A stretch of 64,000 nucleotides of DNA, taken from assembly GCF_006345805.1 (NCBI RefSeq), contig NC_043006.1, positions 14,384,001 through 14,448,000 on the forward strand. Direction: 5' to 3'. This DNA is from Octopus sinensis. Lineage: Eukaryota. Both the position numbers and the translations under genes were made by a program. Positions 54,321 to 64,000 of the stretch are shown piece after piece. The notes beneath the pieces are model-generated. The model saw only the letters and a list, made by a program, of their open reading frames with translations, was not told the DNA's origin and did no database searches. The first letter of the stretch is position 1, and the number at the start of each line of letters is the position of its first letter.

Positions 54321-56881
54321 TATAAAGGAAACACCTGAGTAAGTGCTATTGAAGTGAGTGCCAATTCCAGCCATTTCTGAGACAATGCCAGCTAAAAACT
54401 ATCTAAACTAATGCCATATTACTATTTTATGAAAAAAAGAGAAAAAAATGCAAAGTATACGTTTAAATATCAGTAGACTATATTTATAAATAATGTAAGA
54501 AATGTGAAATAAATTTAGAACAAGCAGTTTAGGAGATTGAAAATAATCTTACCAAATATACTAAAGTAATAAACCAGCAACACCCACCCGAAATTGGTTT
54601 GGTGTTCGCAGTAACGGTGAGTAAGTTGTCTAAGTTGTTGGTCTTACAGACTAAAAGTGAGCTGTGACACTCGAAATGTTAACATATGTGAAATGTCATG
54701 AGAATGTATCATAACAACTAACAATTAACTGCAAATGATATTATATTTACGATAAGTTTATGATGTTTCTTTTTTTTATTTCAGTTATAAGCGTGGAGGT
54801 GTAGAAAAACGGTTTGCTTCCCAACCATAGGGTTTGGGATTTAGTCCCACTGTATGGTACCTTGGCAAGTGTCTTCTACTAAGGCCCCAAGCAGACCAAA
54901 ACCTTGTGAGTGGATTTCATAGATAGAAACTGAAAGAAGAGTGAATGTGTGTGTGTGTGTGGAAGGCACATGGCCTAGTGGTCAGGCTGTTGCGTTCACA
55001 ATCACTAGATTGTGAGTTCAATTTCTGGACCAGGTGGCATGTTGCTCTTCTCAATTCCACACCAGTTATTCTCACCCTTATATGATGTAGGGTAACCATA
55101 TATCTCCTCTACAGCAAGGCATCTGTTCCTGTCCCTCTGTCATACTTTAGAATCTCAACATCTAGCATAAAATTGTTTCTCTCTCTACTCTGGTCCCTCT
55201 CAGTCAAGGTGTATTTTTAGTCTTCTGAGCTACAAAGTGCCCAGTACTCTCTGTAGAGGGGTTGGCAACAGGAAAGGCATCCAGCCGATGACACCAACCA
55301 AAGTAGTCACTGAGGTTCAATAGAGTGTTCTGCTTTGTTGAACAGTTCAACCCATGTCAGCATGGAAGACAGACATTAAATGATGATGAAGATGATAATA
55401 CTAATGATAATACTAAATCATACAAAATAATAAAATTTAGTTTAAATTTTCTTATTTTTCTTAACAAAAAGTCATGAATTAAGTGAATAGAAGTATTTAT
55501 GCATAATTTTTAAATAATTGCTATGATTTAGGCACAATGCCGGCAATTTTGAAAGGAGGTGTTTTATTGATTACATTGATCTCAGTACATGCCTGGTACA
55601 CCTGAGTCTGACTGGAGATGTGGCTGAAAAGCTTCAAACAAGCAGTTGTGCTAAATCATACAAGAGATTAAGTCTTATTTCTTTATTGCCCACCAGGGGC
55701 TAAACACAGAGGGGACAAACAAGGACAGACAAAGGGATTAAATCGAATACATCGATCCCAGTGCATAACTGATACTTAATTTATCGACCCCAAAAGGATG
55801 AAAGGCAAAGTCGTCTTCGGCGGAATTTGAACTCAGAACGTAACGGCAGACGAAATACTGCTAAGCATTTTGCCCGGCGCCCTAACGTTTCTGCCAGCTC
55901 GCCGCCTTACAAGAGATTAAGTGTATCCACCCCAACACAAGAACAGGAACATTTCTTCTGAAGGGTTTCCACACAATTTCTGCTGCCCAAATTTCACTTG
56001 AAAAGCTTTGGGTCTGGCTGAAGTTATAACAGCAAGACACTTGTCCAAAATGTCACACATTTGGATCAAACCTAAAACAATGTAATAGTGAAACAAGCTA
56101 CTATGCCAAGCAGCTATGCCTACACCCACCTAAGTAAACAGTGGGAAACTAGTCAGAAAGCACATATTTCCATCAGCTGTTAACAAGAACTAACTTTAGT
56201 CATCCGCTACCATAACACTTGCTAGTATTAGTAAGAGGGAGTGGATACAACAAACCATTATGATTCAACTTTAAACAAATAGATTTTTCTTCTAATCCAG
56301 GTAGTACATTAGTGTTAATTATTTCTGAATATAGATGAAAAATAGATTAAGCAAACATCAGGCAGATATGTTTGAGGCTCCATTTTCCAGTAGCTATTTG
56401 TTAAAGGTTTTACAAAATTACAATCATCAGTAATACAGCTTATATTATCGCATTGCCATTAGCATAAATCAATTCTTGTTATTGTTATCGTGAGTAATAA
56501 AGGGTTGTTGAATTGGCAGAATTAGTAGAACAGCTAGCAGAATGCTTTGTAGTATTTAGCAGCATTCCTTTGTGTTCTGAGTTCAAATTCAACAGAAATC
56601 AATTTTGCGTTTCATCTGTCAGGGGTCACTTAAAAAAAACTGCAATCAATTCCCTGGGTTAATATGGTTGATTATATCCCCCACCCTTTGAAAAAGTTGA
56701 GGTCTTGTGCCTAACACAGAAATAATTATTGAAAGCAGGCAAGATTAAGAAGATTGATTCCCAACCATGAGGTTTTGGGTTCTGTCCCACTATGTAGCAT
56801 CTTGCACAAGTGTCTCCTACAAAAGCCCCAGACTGACCCAAGTCTTATGAGAAGATTTGGTTGACAGAAAATGGAAGAAGG

Positions 56882-56925
<44 letters not shown>

Positions 56926-56949
56926 TGTGTGTGTGTATGTCTGTCTATC

Positions 56950-57019
<70 letters not shown>

Positions 57020-59814
57020 CTTAGTGGTTCAGCAAAAGGGACTGATAGGATAAGTACCAGACTTAAAACAAGAACTGGGACCAATTTATTCAACTAAATA
57101 TTTCAAGGAAGTGCCCCAGCATGGCCATGGTTCAATAACTGAACAGAATAAAAGAGTATGAAATAACAGGTTTTGCAGTATAATTATCTTTTTAGAAAAA
57201 AAATACTGCCTTATCAGATGGCAATTAACTTCATATAGCCTGGTAACATAGAAAAAGGTTTCCCCACCCTTTTATAATAGTAGATTTAGCTTTCTATAGA
57301 ACCAACCTTGCACAACTGGTCTTGTACACAAGGAAGTAAACACAGACCATAATAACCGTCATTGTCATTTTTGTTAGAATTAATGTTGCTGCTGTTACAA
57401 TTATTCTTATAATAGGTTAGTATCGTAAAAGGCGGCAAGCTGGCAGAAACGTTAGCACACCGGGCGAAATGCTTTGCAGTATTTTGTCTGCCGTTACGTT
57501 CTGAGTTCAAATTCCGCCGAGGTCGACTTTGCCTTTCATCCTTTCAGGGTTGATTAATTAAGTACCAGTTATGCACTGGGGTCGATATAATCGACTTAAT
57601 CCGTTTGTCTGTCCTTGTTTGTCCCCTCTATGTTTAGCCCCTTGATGGTAGTAAAGAAATAGGTATTTCGTCTGCCGCTACGTTCTGAGTTCAAATTCCG
57701 CCGAGGTCGACTTTGCCTTTCATCCTTTCGGGGTCAATTAAATAAGTACCAGTTATGCACTGGGGTCGATATAATCGACTTAATCCGTTTGTCTGTCCTT
57801 GTTTGTCCCCTCTATGTTTAGCCCCTTGTGGGTAATAAAGAAACAGGTTAGTATGGTATGTAATATAGCAATAAGATATTTGGAAAATGAGTTTGCAACT
57901 AAATATTGAAAGACAATTTAAAACTTCTTCATTTTATTCATTTCACCTTATCTTGGGAATGGTATAAACATCATAACTTTGCATCACTTTAAAATGCTAT
58001 TACCTAATTTTTTTTTCTTCTCTTGAATTCAAAACCAAACATGACAAGTAGTTCTGAGGGACTTCTTTTCTCTCCATGTGTTCTGGCAAAATACTTCACA
58101 TATAATTCCTCGACTAACTGTAGCGGCGTCATTCTTTGCCCCCATTCCTCTGCTCTGGAAAATCCTTCATGTGATATCGGCAATGCCCTTCCATCTTTGA
58201 AGTATCAGTAATCAAAAGCAAGTCAGTTGGGGTTCCAACATCAAAATTCTCAGTAAAAATAATCATGCAACAGAGACTTGGCTTATTTTACACGAAAGAA
58301 TTTGGTATCCTTATAACTCTAAGTCTAAATAACTTTTAGAACAGAAACAACGGTTTCAAAAGTTAAGGAATCTAAATGCAAATGCAGTTTGTTTCAAAAG
58401 ATTTTGATCAAGAGTAGCAGATTATCACCATCATCATCATCATCATCGTCAGCATTTTAACATCCACTTTTCGATACTAGTTTGAGCTGGACAGTTTATT
58501 GAGGCAGATTTTCTACAGCCAGATGCCCTTCCTGTCACCAACCCTCACTAGTTTCCAGGCAAGATAAAATTTCCCCATGTCCAGAATATAATATTTCCCT
58601 ATGTTCTCACAGAATATTGGAAATTAATGACACTGCTTGTATGACAGTGACACTCATTTACAACTATCACACAATAATCAAGACAAAGACACACAGTATG
58701 TGTGTGTGTGTGTGACTGCATGTGTGCATGTGTATATATATACACACACACACATATGGCAGGCTTCTTCCAATTTCTATCCATCTACCAAATCCACTCA
58801 CAAGGTTTTGGTTGGCCTGAGGGTTAATATGTTCAACATAAAACCCCTTCAAGATTGAACTCCAGCTTGATCAGAGTCTTAATTCTTGAAACAAGTTAAA
58901 CAACAAAATAAATAATAATAATAATTAATAAAGAAGAAAAATTTGTTCTTTTGTTTTAAAAACAAAAGATTCATAAACAATTGTAATGAAAATAAGGAGA
59001 CACTAGAACAGATCAAATATTCATGCAACCCAGGGAATAAAAAACAATAGTTGAACTGCTGGTCGTGGTGGTGGTGGTAGGAGGAGGAGGAGGAGGAGGA
59101 GGAATGGTGGCAACGTGATGGTGGGTGTGGTGATGGTGGTAGTACTTGTAGTAGTGAAGGTGCTAGTAGTATAGTAGTAGATGTAGTAATAGTAGCAGCA
59201 GCAGTAGCAGATGTTGGCGGTTACATTCAGTTCAGATAAATATTACACTTTTTCCTTTATTTCATCACCAGGAACAGCTGTGATGTAAGAGACTTACTTC
59301 CCAACTACTGAGTGGCACCTTGGGCAAGTTCTTTCTACTATAGCCTTGGGCCAACCAAAGCTTTGTGAGTGGATTTTGTAGACAGAAACTAAAAGAATTC
59401 TATCATATATATGTGTGTGTGTGTGTATGAGAATGTCTTTGTGTCTGTTTGTCCCCCACCACCGCTTGACATCTGGTGTTGGTATGTTTACATCCTTATA
59501 ACTTAGCAGTTCAGCAAAATCAAGCGATAGAATAAGTACCAGGCTTAAAAAGAAAAAGGTCCTGGGGTTGATTCATTCAACAAAAAAATCCTTCAAAGTG
59601 GTGCCCCAGCATGGCCACAGTCTAATGACTGAAACAAGTGAAAGATAAAAGATCATCATCATTTTAAGATAGATTTTCTAAATCTGGATGCTCTTCCTAT
59701 CCCTAACCCTCACCTGTTTCCAAGCAAGGTAAATAATCTCCCCATGGCTAGACATGTTTTTCTTGAAAGCCCAGGAAACAAACATCTTCGATTGATACGA
59801 TGCTCATTTGGATG

Positions 59815-60213
59815 GATGGAAGCACTCCGTCGGTTACGACGACGAGGGTTCCGGTTGATCCTATCAACGGAACAGCCTGCTCGTGAAATTAACGTGTAAG
59901 TGGCTGAGCACTCCACAGACACGTGTACCGTTAACGTAGTTCTCGGGGATATTCAGCGTGACACAGAGAGTGACAAGGCCGGCCCCTTGAAATACAGGTA
60001 CAACAGAAACAGGAAGTAAGAATGAGAGAAAGTTGTGGTGAAAGAGTACAGCAGGGATCACCACCATCCCCTGCCGAAGCCTCATGGAGCTTTAGGTGTT
60101 TTCGCTCAATAAACACTCACAACGCCCAGTCTGGGAATGGAAACTGCGATCCTACGACCGCGATCCTACGACCGCGAGTCCGCTGCCCTAACCACTGGGC
60201 CATTGCGCCTCCA
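59815..60213 (-). mobile_element. tRNA-derived SINE (family 3-related head)
   Basis: GGAGGCGCAATGGCCCAGTGGTTAGGGCAGCGGAC head on the minus strand; related plus copy near 62829. Confidence 0.75.
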
Positions 60214-60481
60214 CCGATGCTCATTTACATCATAGACAAAGATACATAAACACACACACACTCACACACACATGTAATGAAGGAATAAATATGATATAAT
60301 CATCTCTATTATTGGACTTACTATATTATATTCTGAAACTCATAAATTATCCTTGGAATTTAAGTTTGTATGAAACAATTTCCTGTAAGGAAACGGTCCA
60401 CTTGTATATACTCTGTTAGCTAGTATTCACAGGAATGCTTGAAGGGTTGAGGAAACTGCTCAGATTTCTAAATCCCCTTCC

Positions 60482-60537
<56 letters not shown>

Positions 60538-61481
60538 GAAGGGCATCCAGCTGTAGAAACATTGCCAGATAAGACTGGAGCCTGGTGCAGCCTTCTGGCT
60601 TCCCAGATCCCCGGTCGAACCGTCCAACCCATGCTAGCATGGAGAACGGACGTTAAACGATGATGATGATGATGATGATATATATATATATATACACACA
60701 CACACAGAGGAATACAGGAACTGTGCCATATATTTGGGGGGAGGGTCTTAGGACAGCAGCAACACAACGGCGTGAGAGGATGGGGCTGAGGGGAAGACCA
60801 CACTGCTGCTAAAAACTATGACACACACAAGCATACATACACCCATACACACACGCACACGTGCACACACACACACACACACACACAAACATGGACACTG
60901 ACGCATGTGCACATAAGGATACACAACTTAGAAGAGTAGAATGGAGTAAGTGGAGCAAGAATACACACGAAAATCAAAAGTGTTCCTGAAGAGGTCACAG
61001 ATGTGTGATGAAAGATTTGTGTACCAAGGACATGAGTTAAAATAATAAATAAGACCAGCAATAAATGAGTGAAGAAAAAATATATAGTGTATGTATTTAT
61101 TTGGAAAAAAAAAATTACCATCTCAAAACAACAATATCTTTCAACACACAATTTCACATCAGGAATCCATCAAAATGAATTTTAAGAACAGTACTAACAG
61201 TGACTTTGAAGTTTTGGCCTGCTTAGCCATCATTAGATATTGTGGTGTATTTTAAGTTCATCTTGGTATATTGGATGCATTAAGTTAAAAGTTTCTGGTG
61301 TTGGTAGCACTTTGTGGAGTGATAGTTAGGTTGTAGAGTAGGTTATGATGGAAGAATTTTATTGATTAAATTTGGAGTTGTGCTATAGTTCAGAATTCAC
61401 TCATGCATACAGAATTTTGTAATCAGCTGTGTCTCTTTAGGTGTGTCAGCTTCAGGTCTTGGAGTTGTTTTTTTTTATAAT

Positions 61482-61918
61482 TATATATATATATATACAC
61501 ATACATACACATTTATACACATACACATATATATATACATACACATATATATATACATACACATATATATATACATACACATATATATATACATACACAT
61601 ATATATATACATACACATATATATATACATACACATATACACACACACACATATATATACATACACATATACACACACACACATATATATACATACACAC
61701 ACACATATATATACATACACATATACACACACACATATATATAAATACACATATACACACATATATACACATACATATGTATATATACATAGCTATGTAT
61801 AGATATACACATATATATACACACACATACACATACATATATATACATATGCACACACATATATATGCATATACATATCCATCTACATATACATACATGT
61901 ACACATACATACACATAT
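61482..61918. repeat. Mixed (AT)/(AC) satellite with an 18-bp period segment (ACATACACATATATATAT)
   Basis: Read directly; source of the YIHT/CVYM ORFs. Confidence 0.9.
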
Positions 61919-62750
61919 GACAGCCATCTTTCAACTTCCGACTACCAACTTCATTCACAAAGCTTTGATCAGCCCAGGTTTATAGAAAAAGATATCAATT
62001 CATGCTTCCATGCAGTGGATCTGAACCCGAGACCACATTCTTGGGAAGCAAACATCTTAACCCACACAGCTGCAACAACTCAGAACTTTCTTACTACTTC
62101 GACCTAGATTATCATGCAGCCAGCATTCAATTTGAACTTCTGTAGGTCATGAGTAGCGCAGGCAAAGAGACATCTATCAAGTGATCCACAGTATAAAAAA
62201 AGAAAAGAAAAGGAAAGAAAGAAAGAAGAATGCAGAGAAGCACTAGAAAAGGAAACGATATTGTGTCACACTATCTTATATACTGCATAACCAAAGAAAT
62301 TCTGTGAGTTTCTGGCAGTTTGTCAGGATTCCCATTACCACGTTAATCATCAATGTAAATTAATATTGTAGAGAAAGTGTATGCAGCCTATAGAAGCTCA
62401 ACTCGAAGTCTACATAATTGGATATTTTGTATAATAAACTAGGCTTGACAAACTTTTATGTCAGATAATTAGTTGGTTTTGTGCTAATACTTTCTGAGAC
62501 CAGAGGAATGAACTTAATGAAAATCAACACCATTCTGTGGCTGATGATGGTGGTGAAGGTCGCGATGATGGTGGTGGTGTTGATAGCAGTGTGATGTTGT
62601 TGCTGTTGGTGGCAGTAGTAATGACGATGATGATGATGATGGTAGTGTGGTGGTGGTGGTGTTAGGCCCTGGTTATCACTTAATGGCTGACTACTTCCTT
62701 TATGCCTATAACTGTTTCTAACTTCTTTTTAACCTACACCATTTACTTAC

Positions 62751-62767
62751 AGGTGAAGGTCGGGCTG
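62751..62767 (-). CDS. Candidate 17/14-nt annexin microexon (xARPSP) with a NAGNAG acceptor
   Basis: TTTTGCAATGTTTTTTGCTCTCAG|CAG|CCCGACCTTCACCT|GTAAGT; open when read phase 1 to 0. Confidence 0.35.
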
Positions 62768-62795
62768 CTGAGAGCAAAAAACATTGCAAAAGATC

Positions 62796-62830
<35 letters not shown>

Positions 62831-63260
62831 TGCAATGGCCCAATGGTTAGGGCAGCAGACTCGCGGTCGTAGGATCGCAGTTTCAATTCCCAGACCGGGC
62901 ATTGTGAGTGTTTATTGAGCGAAAACACCTAAAAGCTCCAAGAGGCTCTGGCAGGGGGTTGTGGTGATCCCTGCTGTACTCTTTCGCCACAACTTTCTCT
63001 CACTCTTACTTCTGTTGGCCTGCTCACTTAGCCAGCAGGGTGGCATCACTTGAAGGCTAAAAAAACAATGCGAAGTGCATTGTGACCAGCGATGTGTAGC
63101 AACATCTGATAGCCTTGTCGGTCGCGGTGATCAATATATATATATATTGGCCTGCTCGTTTAGCCAGCGGGGTGGCGTCATTTGAAAGCTAATACAATGC
63201 GAAGCGCATTGTGACCAGTGATGTGTAGCAACATCTGATAGCCTGGTCGGTCATGGTGAT

Positions 63261-63295
<35 letters not shown>

Positions 63296-63296
<1 letters not shown>

Positions 63297-63880
63297 CCGA
63301 GATCTCTGGAGATGTACTGTGACTACAAAGACCCAGGATGCTTCTGGCACCAGTTCCGCATAGCCCCTGCACATTCAAAGTACCTTGGATCCCAGAACAT
63401 CTCACTGTGCTTGAGGAGACCTGTTGAGTCAAGTGCATGTACATGAACATCGAAACAAATATCAATGGAAATAGTAGTTGTGATACCTGTGCCGGTGGCA
63501 CATAAAAAGCACCATCCGAACATGGCCGTTGCCAGCGCCACCTCGACTGGCTTCTGTGCCAGTGGCACATAAAAAGCACCATCCGAACGTGGCCGATGCC
63601 AGCGCCACCTTGGCTGGCTTCCGTGCCGGTGGCACGTTAAAAGCACCAACCGATTGTGACCGATGCCAGACCCCCCTGGCACCTGGGCAGGTGGCACGTA
63701 AAAAGCACCCACTACACTCACGAAGTGGTTGGCGTTAGGAAGGGCATCAAGCTGTAGAAACACTGCCAGATCAGACTGGAGCCTGGTGCAGCCCTGGGTT
63801 CCCGGACCCCGGTCGAACCATCCAACCCGTGCTAGCGCGGAAAACGGACGTTAAACGATGATGATGATGATGATGATGAT
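63296..63880 (+). mobile_element. RTE LINE 3' end with internal ~67-bp repeats
   Basis: DRDLWR remnant at the 5' side, four GTGCCGGTGGCAC-type units, (GAT)n tail. Confidence 0.8.
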
Positions 63881-64000
63881 TGGCCTGCTCGTTTAGCCAG
63901 CGGGGTGGCATCATTTGAAAGCTAAAACAAGGCAAAGCACACTGTGACCAATGATGTGTAGCAACATCTGATACCCTGGTTGGTCATGGTGATCACGGTG

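Noticed and set aside
54553-54670. Alternative non-coding first exon of the annexin (GTAAGA donor)
   Set aside because: No ATG and no independent promoter evidence; it cannot be supported without RNA data.
61441-61958. YI/HT/CV-rich ORFs here and near 9000, 33500, 46400 and 56900
   Set aside because: Dinucleotide microsatellite artefacts.
63489-63715. CRISPR-like repeat/spacer pattern
   Set aside because: The apparent spacers are homologous to each other and the array is part of a dispersed LINE tail.

Overview
AT-rich, repeat-dense eukaryotic DNA. The SINE, RTE-LINE and Helitron families and the abundant (AT)n/(CA)n/(CAT)n tracts look like Octopus (coleoid cephalopod); this taxon call is by recognition, not by search. 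One host gene is well supported: a minus-strand annexin. I assembled eight GT-AG exons by hand (49442-49367, 32143-32049, 28696-28583, 26630-26540, 25394-25246, 20686-20509, 17661-17549, 16704-16576). They total 945 nt, join in frame and encode 314 aa covering all four annexin repeats. The start codon and N-terminal head were not found; two candidate upstream microexons (9 nt and 14/17 nt) would extend the frame. The rest is mostly transposon debris, often nested: tRNA-derived SINEs, RTE/CR1/R4-like/HERO-like LINE fragments, Tc1/mariner relics, MITEs, non-autonomous Helitrons and two Gypsy relics. Most supplied ORFs are repeat artefacts. No CRISPR array, rRNA or intact tRNA is supported, and I found no convincing new biological system. 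The best leads are the candidate annexin microexons, a 14x28-bp array inside a TSD-flanked RTE insertion, and many intronic inverted repeats that could be A-to-I editing or back-splicing substrates.
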